From Candidatus Dojkabacteria bacterium (GTDB taxonomy: Bacteria; Patescibacteriota; Dojkabacteria; SC72), in assembly GCA_016182915.1 (NCBI GenBank), contig JACPFP010000003.1:86788-150787 (forward strand): a stretch of DNA of 64,000 nt, in the 5' to 3' direction. Under the pieces are notes generated by a model. That model was not told the DNA's origin. It was given only the letters and a program-made list of their open reading frames with translations, and made no database searches. Every line of letters begins with the position of its first letter. Within the stretch, counting starts at the first letter, position 1. Below, piece by piece: positions 29,002 through 39,553 of the stretch. Both the position numbers and the translations under genes were made by a program.

Positions 29002-30159
29002 TTAGCTTCTTAATTTCCTCATAAATGCCGGAACATCATCAATATCATTACTTTCCGAATTATCATCTGAAGGTACTGAATAATCGTCGTCTGAGGCTAG
29101 AAGTGAACTCATTTCATCTTTAGGCTCGGTTTTTGTTTTACCGTTATTTGATGATTGTGAAACACTAGATATTGACACCGCTTTTGGTTTGCTAAATACC
29201 TGTTTTGCCTCATCAAAGCCGGTTGCAACAATTGTGATACTCATTTCGTCTCCTGCAGCCTCATCGATTGTTACACCAAAGATAACGTTTGCGGAAGGAT
29301 CAACGGCTTCCTTAATTAGTTCAGCGGCCTTATCAACTTCCTGCATCGTAAGGTTTAAGCCACCTGTAATATTGTAAAGGACTCCAGTTGCACCTTCGAT
29401 TGATAGCTCTAATAATGGGTTGGTAGTTGCTTCTCTCGCAGCTTTCTCTGCCCTATCGTCTCCAGATGCCTTACCAATACCCATAAGGGCAGTACCAGCG
29501 TTAAGCATTATCGATTTTACATCGGCAAAGTCTACATTTATAAACCCGGTTCCTGTTACAAGGGTTGAAATACCCTGTACTCCCTCTGCAAGAACATTGT
29601 CCACTCTCTTCATAGCTTCAAAGAATGAGATGTTCTCCTGAACTATCTCAAGAAGTTTTTGATTTGGTACTACTATTAGTGTGTCGACTTTATCCCTTAA
29701 TGCTGCGATTCCTTCCTCAGCAACATCCATTCTATGCTTTCCTTCAAAGGCAAAAGGCTTTGTAACAACGGCAATTGTCAAAGCTCCCATGTTTTTTGCA
29801 ACACCTGCGACAACAGCGGCAGCTCCTGTTCCTGTTCCTCCACCCATACCTGCGGTTATAAATACCATATGTGCACCTGCAAGATGCTCGTGTATCTGAT
29901 CTAAACTCTCCTCGGCTGACTGTGCTCCCAAATTATGGTTACCACCTGCTCCTAATCCTTGCGTTAGTTCCTCACCTAGTTGTAGTGTTACAGGTGCCAA
30001 TGAATTCTTTAATGCCTGTTGGTCAGTATTAAATGCCATAAATTCAACACCCTGAATATTGTATTCAGAAATCATTGTATTTATAGAATTACCACCAGCA
30101 CCTCCAACTCCAACTACTTTTATCTTGGCAACTGGATTTACATTTGTTGAGACAAGCAT
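29002..30159 (-). CDS. ftsZ: Cell division GTPase FtsZ
   Basis: Tubulin signature GGGTGTG; T7 loop. Confidence 0.95.
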   Translation of the reverse strand: MLVSTNVNPVAKIKVVGVGGAGGNSINTMISEYNIQGVEFMAFNTDQQALKNSLAPVTLQLGEELTQGLGAGGNHNLGAQSAEESLDQIHEHLAGAHMVFITAGMGGGTGTGAAAVVAGVAKNMGALTIAVVTKPFAFEGKHRMDVAEEGIAALRDKVDTLIVVPNQKLLEIVQENISFFEAMKRVDNVLAEGVQGISTLVTGTGFINVDFADVKSIMLNAGTALMGIGKASGDDRAEKAAREATTNPLLELSIEGATGVLYNITGGLNLTMQEVDKAAELIKEAVDPSANVIFGVTIDEAAGDEMSITIVATGFDEAKQVFSKPKAVSISSVSQSSNNGKTKTEPKDEMSSLLASDDDYSVPSDDNSESNDIDDVPAFMRKLRS

Positions 30160-30180
30160 TTTGAATTATGCAAAACTAAA

Positions 30181-31497
30181 TTAAGGTAACAGAGATTTAA
30201 ACCAAGTAACAATCTTTTTAAAGACATTACCGAATGAGAAACCTGCATCACTTGTGCTACTTCCAGTGTCTACATCATCTTCCAGCGCATGTTTAATAAG
30301 CCCTTGTACTGCTGAGTAGCTTGGGTCTGATATCTCTTCAACCATTCCAGATAACCCTGTTGGATAACCCATTCTACAAGGGACTTTGAATGTTGATTGA
30401 CCAACCTTTGTAGCATCAGTTACTAATGCCGATCCACCGGTTAGTACAACTCCGGCTGGCATAGCAATATTATATCCTGACTTCTTTACTGTTTCTTTAA
30501 TAAGTTCAAATATCTCCTCCATTCTAGCCTGAACAATCTGCATTAAGAATGATTTAGATATCTCCTTTTGGCTCTTGACGCCTAAGAATGATATATCCAC
30601 TAAGTCATCCTTCTTGCTATCGTCTTTCTTTGTTTCTACCTTCTCATCAACTTTCCTTAGTAGGGCCGGGGTTCTGTCATCAGATGATACTCCTATAGAG
30701 GCGCCGTTATTCATAATCTTACTCATATTTACCTTTATCTTTTCAGCCTCTTCAAGAGAAACCTGAAGACCAATTGCTAAGTCACTAGTGATATTTGCAC
30801 CACCAAGGGGAATACAACCGCTATATACAATTGCTCCCTCTTCAAAGATAGAAACGCTGGAGGTACCAGCTCCTATATCTATAAGGGAGACACCAAGTTC
30901 TTTTTCGGTATCTGTTAAAACGGCAAGGGAAGATGCCCATGAGACAAAAACAACATCGTAAACATGAAGGGCAAGCTGTTCAACGCACTTCTTTATATTC
31001 CTCCAATATGAGTTAGGAGCCGTAATAATATGGGTCTCAACCTCTAATCTACTACCTGTCATACCAATTGGATATTTAATTCCACCCTGATTATCAACTA
31101 CAAATTCTCTTGGGATAATGTGAATAGGGTTTAGTGTATCTGGGAGGGAGAGGGTTCTTGCATTCTCAATCGCTCTATAGGTATCTTCTACTGAGATTTC
31201 GGAGTCTGAAACTGCAACAACTCCCTTGTTATTCAAACTGGTTACCTGTTCACCGTTTATTGATACAAACACATCTGAAACGGTTACTCCTGCCATTCTT
31301 TCTGCGGCGGTTACGCTTTCTGATATTGCATTTGTAGCTTCCTCTATGTTAACAACAACACCTTTTTTAATTCCTTTACTTGGGTGAGAACATACACCTA
31401 TTACTGTTGGGGACTGCTGATTTTCATCAACAGTTGTTATTACTGTCGTAATCTTACTTGTTCCTACATCAATTGCTGTAATTATTTTGCGTGCCAT
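30181..31497 (-). CDS. ftsA: Cell division protein FtsA
   Basis: Actin-like ATPase motifs; immediately upstream of ftsZ. Confidence 0.9.
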   Translation of the reverse strand: MARKIITAIDVGTSKITTVITTVDENQQSPTVIGVCSHPSKGIKKGVVVNIEEATNAISESVTAAERMAGVTVSDVFVSINGEQVTSLNNKGVVAVSDSEISVEDTYRAIENARTLSLPDTLNPIHIIPREFVVDNQGGIKYPIGMTGSRLEVETHIITAPNSYWRNIKKCVEQLALHVYDVVFVSWASSLAVLTDTEKELGVSLIDIGAGTSSVSIFEEGAIVYSGCIPLGGANITSDLAIGLQVSLEEAEKIKVNMSKIMNNGASIGVSSDDRTPALLRKVDEKVETKKDDSKKDDLVDISFLGVKSQKEISKSFLMQIVQARMEEIFELIKETVKKSGYNIAMPAGVVLTGGSALVTDATKVGQSTFKVPCRMGYPTGLSGMVEEISDPSYSAVQGLIKHALEDDVDTGSSTSDAGFSFGNVFKKIVTWFKSLLP

Positions 31498-31626
31498 TGT
31501 TGTTTGAGGCAGTGTTATTTTAAGTTATTTCAACCTATTTCTATATCAATATATTAGAAAAAATAGATTTAATCAAGTAACTGAGTATGATTGTTACAAA
31601 GCATAGAAGTAATGTCAACATAATCC

Positions 31627-32421
31627 CTATTCTACCTTTATTACAGGCCTTTCATATCTTAAGTCTAGGAGGGAGAATTTGATATTTTTGTTCTTAATCT
31701 CCTCTGCTATAACCACAAAACGAGCAAGTTGTTTTTTTAGTTCCTGATTAAAGGATATAACAACAATCTTCTTGTCTTCTAACTGAATCTGGCATACTCC
31801 ATCCTTTATTGAGAATCGATCTGGTTCATAGCCATACTTTTCCAATATCTTGGTAATATCATTGATACTGTAGGTGTAGTAGAAGGAGGACTGTGTATTA
31901 GGGGTTAGGATAGGAAATGGGGCTACATCAACTGAAATAAGGTTCATTTTAGACTGATACTCTGTACAGGCTTCTTCATTTTCCAAGACTTCAAGAGTGT
32001 AGGCATCTGAATCAATAACGCCACATTTCCCACCCTTTTCCTTAATTAGATACACCGGAACTCGTTCAACTATATTCACCTGTACTTTGTCTAAAAGAGT
32101 TTTCTCTATCCAGAAGCTTTTCACATATGGATTTTTACCTGTTATATCGGATATCGTTTCACTGGTAATACTGAAGTATGATTTGCCAACTAACTGATCT
32201 TTTAGTTCTCGCTTAAACTCCTGGGTTATATACTCTGTCTTTTTATATTCATGATTTTTTATATCTACTCTCTCTATATTGAATATACTTATCCTTGGCA
32301 ATACGATAACTGCAAGACAGAGGAAAACTAGGTACAGTATATACTTTAGGTATTTAGAATACTTTCTAAGTATGAACTTCCCTTTGCTTATTTCTCTATT
32401 TTTACTTGTTACAACATCCAT
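31627..32421 (-). CDS. ftsQ: FtsQ/DivIB-like cell division protein
   Basis: N-terminal TM then POTRA-like region; position upstream of ftsA. Confidence 0.55.
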   Translation of the reverse strand: MDVVTSKNREISKGKFILRKYSKYLKYILYLVFLCLAVIVLPRISIFNIERVDIKNHEYKKTEYITQEFKRELKDQLVGKSYFSITSETISDITGKNPYVKSFWIEKTLLDKVQVNIVERVPVYLIKEKGGKCGVIDSDAYTLEVLENEEACTEYQSKMNLISVDVAPFPILTPNTQSSFYYTYSINDITKILEKYGYEPDRFSIKDGVCQIQLEDKKIVVISFNQELKKQLARFVVIAEEIKNKNIKFSLLDLRYERPVIKVE

Positions 32422-32486
32422 AGGAATATATTAACAAGTGGGTGGGAAGATTGATAGAGGGCTAAATTACATTTAGAGAGGGATTT

Positions 32487-32563
32487 TGGAGCGAGAGACG
32501 GGGTTCGAACCCGCGACCTACACATTGGCAATGTGTCGTTCTAGCCAACTGAACTACTCTCGC
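32487..32563 (-). tRNA. tRNA-Gly(GCC)
   Basis: Anticodon loop UUGCCAA; CCA encoded; 77 nt. Confidence 0.9.
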
Positions 32564-32569
32564 ACAAAA

Positions 32570-32642
32570 TGCCGAGACCCAGGTTTGAACTGGGGACCCT
32601 TTGTTCTTCAGACAAATGCTCTACCAGCTGAGCTATCTCGGC
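32570..32642 (-). tRNA. tRNA-Phe(GAA)
   Basis: Anticodon loop CUGAAGA; acceptor GCCGAGA/TCTCGGC. Confidence 0.9.
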
Positions 32643-32676
32643 ATGTATTAGAATATATCAAAATATACTAAATTAT

Positions 32677-33828
32677 TCAATTTTTAGGGAATTCCTTAAG
32701 TACTTTTAAAAACAGTTCTTCAAACTCTTTCATGAAACGACCCTTATCGAATTTCCTTGCAAATTCATTCATCTTCTTTGCGTTGAAGGCGCTTTTAGAA
32801 TAGTAGGCGTCGATTCTATCCATTGCCTCTTTAAGTTTCTCAGGTGATGATTCAGTGAAGAGAGTTCCATTTACACCCTCTTCTATATAATCCAAGGCTC
32901 CACCTGCTTTAAAGGCAACGACAGGAGTACCAGAAGCTATTGCCTCAAGAGGTACAATACCAAAATCCTCTATACCACAGAAGAAGAAACCTTTAGCTCT
33001 GGCAAGGTTGGCCCATTTCTCCTTCTCTGTAATCCATCCCAGAAATTCAATATTGTTATAACCCTTCGCAAGCTTCTCAAGCTCCTTCTTCATACTCCCC
33101 TCCCCCATAATCCTAACTTTAAAGCCATATTTAATAGCGGTTTCCACAATTAGCCTCCCCCCTTTATTTGGTTCAAAAGGTGCAATGGCGAAGTAAAAGT
33201 CTTCTTTCTTCTGAGTTGGGTCAGCCCTATCTACATATACAGGAGGAAAGATTATTTGATCTGTCTCTCTTCTATAGTATTTTCTAATTCTGTTTTTTAC
33301 AAAGGTTGAAATAGGTATTAGGTAGTCAATTCTATCCGTTGAGGTTACATCCCAAATTCTAATAAAGTGAAGGAATATAGGTATTACAAGTCTTTTCCAC
33401 CAACTAAAATTTTCAGGATTGAAATAGTCTCTAGACTGATCCCATGCATATCTCATTGGTGAGAACATATAACAAACATGAGGAGTATCTACACCTGTAA
33501 TTACACCCTTTGATACACATCCACTAGTAGTTATTACAAGGTCGTAGTTACGAAGATCAAAATTCTCTATAACCATTGGCCATAGAAAGTAGGTATATCT
33601 GTAGAATTTCTCTATAAATGGAAGCTTATTTAGGAAGGAAAAGGTGACCTTTCGGTTGGCGATTGCTGGAGCATACTCCCTAACAAGCTTCATATTCCCA
33701 AACATTGCATAGAAGTCTGCCTGAGGGAACATCTCACAGAAAGCCTCTACACACTTCTCCCCTCCCCTTACCTTATAGATCCAATCATGAACTATAGCGA
33801 CCTTAAGGCCCTTAAATTCATTAATCAT
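32677..33828 (-). CDS. GT4-family glycosyltransferase
   Basis: C-terminal GT-B EX7E region; 383 aa. Confidence 0.75.
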   Translation of the reverse strand: MINEFKGLKVAIVHDWIYKVRGGEKCVEAFCEMFPQADFYAMFGNMKLVREYAPAIANRKVTFSFLNKLPFIEKFYRYTYFLWPMVIENFDLRNYDLVITTSGCVSKGVITGVDTPHVCYMFSPMRYAWDQSRDYFNPENFSWWKRLVIPIFLHFIRIWDVTSTDRIDYLIPISTFVKNRIRKYYRRETDQIIFPPVYVDRADPTQKKEDFYFAIAPFEPNKGGRLIVETAIKYGFKVRIMGEGSMKKELEKLAKGYNNIEFLGWITEKEKWANLARAKGFFFCGIEDFGIVPLEAIASGTPVVAFKAGGALDYIEEGVNGTLFTESSPEKLKEAMDRIDAYYSKSAFNAKKMNEFARKFDKGRFMKEFEELFLKVLKEFPKN

Positions 33829-34507
33829 AGAGAACGACTGTTCTCATCTTACTCTTTGACCTCTTTCCTAGTGCAAGGTATAACCAACCCGCGCTGATGA
33901 GGAGGATTCCTGCGGCTAAGGCCCCCCAGCTGAATGATACTGCTGTATTTGGAAATGTAGGCGTTGGTGTAGATCCCGTACCTGAAGTTGTATACGTTGC
34001 AGTTGCAGGTTTCTTTGTTAATGCATTTGTAGGAGGGCTTCCATTCTTCATAATCACACTCATGAAGTCTTTGTTTGTACCGTCATGGTTCCACTCAAGT
34101 TTAATTGTCCCAGCCTTTTTAACCTCAAACTTCACTCTTGCAAAAACATCTGCTCCACCCACCGTTTTATAAAGGGTATCTGTACCTGTTTGACAGAATC
34201 CAGTCAACATAACTACGCCATATTTATTGTCTACACTTAATTGATCTGTTGGATATGAACAGAAGAGGGATGCGTTATATTCTGGTTTTACAACTTTTAC
34301 CATTGTAGGGTCGAAAAGAAGAGTAGCTCTTGCCTGAGCAATATCAAGTCCTGCGCTATCAATTAGGACATCAACGGTGAAGGTTTTCCCAACCGTTACC
34401 ACTCCCTTACTCGGATATATTGAAAATGAAGGATCTGCAGCATATGTTCCTGCCTCAAAGAGGAAGAGGATAGCTAGGCTTAAAAGTAGTACTAGTAGTT
34501 TTTTCAT
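33821..34507 (-). CDS. Secreted Ig/cohesin-like protein with PT linker and C-terminal TM anchor plus basic tail
   Basis: Signal peptide; PT-rich linker; C-terminal hydrophobic helix followed by KRSKSK. Confidence 0.45.
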   Translation of the reverse strand: MKKLLVLLLSLAILFLFEAGTYAADPSFSIYPSKGVVTVGKTFTVDVLIDSAGLDIAQARATLLFDPTMVKVVKPEYNASLFCSYPTDQLSVDNKYGVVMLTGFCQTGTDTLYKTVGGADVFARVKFEVKKAGTIKLEWNHDGTNKDFMSVIMKNGSPPTNALTKKPATATYTTSGTGSTPTPTFPNTAVSFSWGALAAGILLISAGWLYLALGKRSKSKMRTVVLYD

Positions 34508-34520
34508 TATAGAAATAATA

Positions 34521-35771
34521 TCACAAATATTTCGAAATTATTCTATCAAAGTCTTTCATTCTTTTCTCCCAGCTATTTGAACGTGCAATGGAAAGTCTCT
34601 CTTTCAACCTTCTCTTCCACTCGTTTGGGTCATCAGACTTCATCTTTATCCAATACTCAAGCGCATTTATGAACTCACTCTTTGTATCAGCTATAGACCC
34701 AAGATTAGGGTTAACTGAGAACTCTTTTAGTGATTGAATCCCGGTAACAACGACAGGCAGTCCACTTGAAAGATACTCAAAATACTTGAGCGGGAATCCT
34801 CCCTCATTCGCTTTATTCCTTCTTCTCGCAATCAATGCAACGTCCCAATATTTGAAATATGAAGGTAAGGTCTTGTATGGCTTAGGACCAAACATATAGA
34901 CGTTGGAGAGGGACTTTAAACCTTCAATATTAGTACTGGTTTCTCCAGAACCTACTGGTCCCAAAAAAACATAGTTGTATTTTGGGGTATCTTTTATAAC
35001 ATCGTATAGAAGTTCTAAGTTCTCTTTGTATGAAGCCAGATTTCCCATAAACCCAACGGTTGGTTTTCCCTCTTTCAATATCGGCTTCATGTCGCTTGGA
35101 ATAGATAATTTCTCTTTTACAGCCCTATTAAAGTATGAGAAATTAGCTACATTATTTAGGTAGAATACCTTTTTAGGAGGAACTTTTTCCTTGAAGGAGT
35201 CTGCAGTAACTGGGGAAACAGCAAATACAATATCTGCTTTCTCCAAAATCTTATCCTGCTCCGAAAGTACATACTTTTTATCAACATTAGGAACCTCGGA
35301 GTAGTCGTCGACGTTGTGATAGATAGAAACACTATGGTCCAGAGTATCTATCAGGAAATGTCCTGTAGGAAGAAAGATCCAAAGGATAGGTTTTTCTCTT
35401 AAGTATTTCCTCGCATACTTACTCACAAAGTATGTAATTAGTTTCTGATTAATCCTCTTTATAATAGATATATTTTCAAATGGGAGTCTGACAAGTGAAA
35501 GAACAAATATATTCTTCTTTGGCTTTGAAAGTCCCTTGAAGATGAGGTTTGCGAAGTCTAAAAGCCTTTTTCCAACCTTATATGCTCCAGTACTTCCTAA
35601 TACAGGGTTTGTTTTAAGGCCTAGGCTCTCTACGAATAGTACCTTAGCACCACTTTTAGCAATCTCATCCGTAATTATCTGAGCATTTAGGACATTTTCC
35701 GTATGCATTGTATAGTTGCAGGAAGATATCAGTACTACATCCCTCTTTTTAAACATATTCCTAGGTATCAA
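34521..35771 (-). CDS. GT4-family glycosyltransferase
   Basis: GT-B fold C-terminal half. Confidence 0.7.
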   Translation of the reverse strand: MIPRNMFKKRDVVLISSCNYTMHTENVLNAQIITDEIAKSGAKVLFVESLGLKTNPVLGSTGAYKVGKRLLDFANLIFKGLSKPKKNIFVLSLVRLPFENISIIKRINQKLITYFVSKYARKYLREKPILWIFLPTGHFLIDTLDHSVSIYHNVDDYSEVPNVDKKYVLSEQDKILEKADIVFAVSPVTADSFKEKVPPKKVFYLNNVANFSYFNRAVKEKLSIPSDMKPILKEGKPTVGFMGNLASYKENLELLYDVIKDTPKYNYVFLGPVGSGETSTNIEGLKSLSNVYMFGPKPYKTLPSYFKYWDVALIARRRNKANEGGFPLKYFEYLSSGLPVVVTGIQSLKEFSVNPNLGSIADTKSEFINALEYWIKMKSDDPNEWKRRLKERLSIARSNSWEKRMKDFDRIISKYL

Positions 35772-35814
35772 AGTATGGTATAACTGTCTATATAATACAA
35801 TGTTATAGGTAATA

Positions 35815-36699
35815 ATGACAATTGATAGAAGGGTATCATACTTTGTTCATAGTTTCTTTGAAAAGTATCATATAAAAGGAGGAAAAAGGGTTGCAAACAT
35901 TATCTCCAAAGTCCTCCTTCCAAAGCCTAAAAACAGAATAGTGGTAGAGAATAGAGAGGGTTTAAAGATGATTCTAGATCCCAATAAGGATAAGGGGATT
36001 GAGGAGTCACTATACTTTAGTGGGACGTATGAGGCAGGAGTAGTAAATGTAATTAAAAGGTTTCTCTCAGAGGGGGATACATTTCTAGAGATAGGTGCTA
36101 ATATTGCCCCTCTTTCAATGGTTGCAAGTACTTTGGTTGGTTCTAAAGGAAGTGTTTACGCTTTTGAACCTGACCCTATGGTAAAAAAGATGATTGATAG
36201 GAATATTAAACTTAACCTTATAGAGAATATTAATACCCTAAATATCGGTTTGGGGGATAAGAAGTCTTCTATGAAATTGTATATAAAGCCTGAGATAAAC
36301 AGAGGAGCTTCCTCTCTAATAAAAGAGGACGGAAATAATGCAGTGGAGGTAAATATTGAGGTTTTGGATAGCATATATAAAAACATTGGCATCAAAAGAG
36401 CTGATATGATTGTGATAGATGTTGAGGGCTGGGAGGAATACGTGTTAAATGGTTCTTCAAAATTCATAAGGAGATTCAAACCGCTAATCTCTATGGAGTT
36501 AAATAGTAAGTATAACCCTGAAGTTATATATAAAAAATTGATATCTTTCGGATTCTATAAAATATATTCACTTAAAAGACCAAAAGAATATATTTCAAAG
36601 CTAGTTCAGGCAAAGAAATTTAGTGAAATAAGGCTTGATGATAACGTATTTGCCTTAACCAAGGAGCAACGTGTAAAACTATCTCGCTACATTATCTAA
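35815..36699 (+). CDS. FkbM-family methyltransferase
   Basis: FLEIGANIAP motif and overall FkbM-domain pattern. Confidence 0.65.
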   Translation: MTIDRRVSYFVHSFFEKYHIKGGKRVANIISKVLLPKPKNRIVVENREGLKMILDPNKDKGIEESLYFSGTYEAGVVNVIKRFLSEGDTFLEIGANIAPLSMVASTLVGSKGSVYAFEPDPMVKKMIDRNIKLNLIENINTLNIGLGDKKSSMKLYIKPEINRGASSLIKEDGNNAVEVNIEVLDSIYKNIGIKRADMIVIDVEGWEEYVLNGSSKFIRRFKPLISMELNSKYNPEVIYKKLISFGFYKIYSLKRPKEYISKLVQAKKFSEIRLDDNVFALTKEQRVKLSRYII

Positions 36700-38178
36700 C
36701 GGCCTCTTTAATAGAAATCTCATCGCAGTTTTAATTAGTTCTAAAAACAAAGGTTCCCTAAGTTTATACGAGATAATTAAGTATAGTACTGGAGCTAACA
36801 AAACAAGAATTGGTGAATATAAATAGAGAATATAGCTGGTTATAAAGGTGAGGCCATTCACAGCAAAAAGCTTCATTAATCCTGGGATTAATAATTGGAA
36901 ATACTGAATACCTACATCTCTGAGAATTACCCAATAGGTTAGGATAAATGTAGTTAAAGAATATACCCCAACACTCAAGGCAACTCCGATTATTCCAATT
37001 GATTTATATGTAGTTAACATAAAAAGCACACCCAAGAGAACTGAAACTGTTGCTGTTGAAATAACCCCTTTCCAGTTCTTGGAACTATACATAGCAGACA
37101 TGAGTATAAAGATGGGCGATGAAAAAAGAGTCGCAACAGAGTAATATGAAAGGGCCATCCCGGTTACTGTCGTGGCTTCAGCAGTAAATGAACCTCTTTG
37201 GTATAGAATCTGTATTATCTCCCTTCCCCAAAGAAGAAAAAGAAAGAAAAGTGGAATACTGATTAGAAATGAAAATAAAAGGGATTTATTAAGTATCTCC
37301 ATAAACTTATCCTTCCTCCCCTCCTGGATATATTTAGCCATAGGAGCAACAATAACCGCTCCGAGTGAATATGCAACAATACTTTTTATCAAATCACTTG
37401 TTCGATCCGCATAACTCAGTCCTGAGATCACACCCTCCCCAAGATGAGATGATATAAGTCGTGTCATAACTATCATTATCTGAGGGATAAGCGTAGCAAA
37501 TACCATTGGGAAGAGGGAGAGGGAAAACTGCCTCAATGAGGTCCAATCAAGGGTAAAACCAATAGAAAAATGCTCTTTATGAGTAATAATGGCAGGTATC
37601 TGAACAATAACTCTAAAGATTGAAGCAATTAGAAAACTCATTGAGAGAATATGAAGTGCATTTCCTTTACTCGCAAATATTATTCCGACAACTATCACAA
37701 CTATCATTGCAAAATCTTGTGCACCGCTATATTTATACTCCCCTTTGCTATTGAGCACAGCTCTAACTATTGACGAGAGTGCATAGAAGGTACTTGAAAA
37801 TGCTGTAACTCTAAGCACATACATCACATCAGCACGAATTGCTTCGTTAACTCCACCTACAAAATATGGAGCTAGAAATATCGTAGCTATTGAAATTATG
37901 ACAGAAAGGAGAAAGAGCAGAAGGAGAAAACCATTTAGCTTCCTCTTTTCTGACTCACTTTTACTCTCTAGCACAAAAGATATTAGGATTGGAATAAAGG
38001 CTCCCCCGCTAAAGATGAAGAGAAGGGAGTTTGAAAAGGCTATTCCAGAATTAAAAGCATCAAGTAATAGTCCAGCTCCAAAAAAATATGCAAGGAGTAT
38101 TTCACGACCAAAAGCCATTGCCTTTGCAAGGAGGGAAAACATTAATAGTATAAGGGCATTAATCTTTATATTGCTCAT
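36679..38178 (-). CDS. Polysaccharide flippase (Wzx/MOP superfamily)
   Basis: about 14 TM helices; 499 aa. Confidence 0.65.
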   Translation of the reverse strand: MSNIKINALILLMFSLLAKAMAFGREILLAYFFGAGLLLDAFNSGIAFSNSLLFIFSGGAFIPILISFVLESKSESEKRKLNGFLLLLFLLSVIISIATIFLAPYFVGGVNEAIRADVMYVLRVTAFSSTFYALSSIVRAVLNSKGEYKYSGAQDFAMIVVIVVGIIFASKGNALHILSMSFLIASIFRVIVQIPAIITHKEHFSIGFTLDWTSLRQFSLSLFPMVFATLIPQIMIVMTRLISSHLGEGVISGLSYADRTSDLIKSIVAYSLGAVIVAPMAKYIQEGRKDKFMEILNKSLLFSFLISIPLFFLFLLWGREIIQILYQRGSFTAEATTVTGMALSYYSVATLFSSPIFILMSAMYSSKNWKGVISTATVSVLLGVLFMLTTYKSIGIIGVALSVGVYSLTTFILTYWVILRDVGIQYFQLLIPGLMKLFAVNGLTFITSYILYLYSPILVLLAPVLYLIISYKLREPLFLELIKTAMRFLLKRPLDNVAR

Positions 38179-39553
38179 TTGTGATACTCATAATCGATAT
38201 TAATATGACTATAATCATGGAAACCCTGATATCTGGAAGTATATTAGTAAACATTGCATTAAACAAGATAAAAAATAGAAGAGCCCAGTTCCTAAGTACA
38301 AACGTAAGCACAATCTTCACATATTTCTTTATATAGATAGCAAGGGTAAGAAAGGGTAGAATGCCAAGCTCTACTATCCATTGAAGGTATGAATTATCTA
38401 CGCTGTTAAACCGACTAAAGTATTCATTAACGGTTTCCTTTAAATGTATACCTATTGATGAAGGTCCTAAACCAAACAACCAGAACCCTACGTCTTTAAG
38501 TCTTGGGATTATAACTTCCAAAAGTGTTATCTTCCAAAGGTTATATCTCCCCCCCACTCCGCCATACTCGTTGAAACCATCACTTGTAAGGTTCACCCTT
38601 GCAAAGTATTCCCTTAATGACTCAACTTGAGAGGCGAAGAGTGCACCATCGAAGGTTACAGTCTCAATAAATCTGACCAATACACTCCACATTAGAATCT
38701 GTTGGTAGGAGAATAGTCCAAGAATTAGTGCTAGAAGGGAACCAAATACAAAGGAGTATAGGATTGGTAGATAGATAGATTTTTCCTTAATTCTAAAACC
38801 GACGATCAGTGAAGTAACTAAAATCATTAGGATGGCTAAGTATGTTGTTCTTACTAAAGATAGAACGATAAAAGCCATTAGAATCGCACCGACTAAGGTA
38901 TGAGTATAGGTCCACTTCTTTCTATATGTATCAACGAGCAGAAGTAGAGCGGCTCCAATTAAGAATGCGAAATGGGAAACGTTTGCAAAAACTCCGTGTA
39001 CTCGAACTGCAGATCCATATATCCAGTTAAACTTCCCAATTCCATTTACTTTCTCAAGAATTAATTCTGGATCATTAAAAATATTTCCCCAAAGTCCTTT
39101 ACTTATCTCATACTCAACACTCTGCGAAACAGCAATTTGATAACTGGTAAGGATGACCATTAGTAATGCACTGCAAATAAAAGTTATAGCTACCGAACTT
39201 CTCCTAATCTTAGTGATTCTGACTGTCTCAAAGGCTAGAAAGAGTTCTAGAAAAAATAATCCCCACCTTATTAACTCTTTAATATTGAAAGACTCAAAGT
39301 TAAAAAGTGTCGAGAGAATAACAATAAAAAAAAGTATAAGAATCAGAGAATATCTTTTAAGTAAATCAGATGTTGAAGTATCTCTAGTAAGAAACCAATG
39401 GTAAGTGACTAAGATAGCAATTGGAGGCAATATCAGCAGTGCAAGGGTAATACTAATACCAGAGGTTAAGTATATTTGATATGGGGCAACAAAAACCCAT
39501 ACGAGGAAAAGATATATTAAATACTTTTTATAGTTAGCTATAAACTTCTTCAT
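38159..39553 (-). CDS. O-antigen polymerase/ligase-like (Wzy/WaaL-type) membrane protein
   Basis: Polytopic membrane protein with a large periplasmic loop, located in a glycan gene cluster. Confidence 0.5.
   Translation of the reverse strand: MKKFIANYKKYLIYLFLVWVFVAPYQIYLTSGISITLALLILPPIAILVTYHWFLTRDTSTSDLLKRYSLILILFFIVILSTLFNFESFNIKELIRWGLFFLELFLAFETVRITKIRRSSVAITFICSALLMVILTSYQIAVSQSVEYEISKGLWGNIFNDPELILEKVNGIGKFNWIYGSAVRVHGVFANVSHFAFLIGAALLLLVDTYRKKWTYTHTLVGAILMAFIVLSLVRTTYLAILMILVTSLIVGFRIKEKSIYLPILYSFVFGSLLALILGLFSYQQILMWSVLVRFIETVTFDGALFASQVESLREYFARVNLTSDGFNEYGGVGGRYNLWKITLLEVIIPRLKDVGFWLFGLGPSSIGIHLKETVNEYFSRFNSVDNSYLQWIVELGILPFLTLAIYIKKYVKIVLTFVLRNWALLFFILFNAMFTNILPDIRVSMIIVILISIMSITNEQYKD

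Noticed and set aside
32486-32671. 61-aa ORF on + strand
   Set aside because: It is entirely the antisense translation of tRNA-Gly(GCC) and tRNA-Phe(GAA), so it is spurious.
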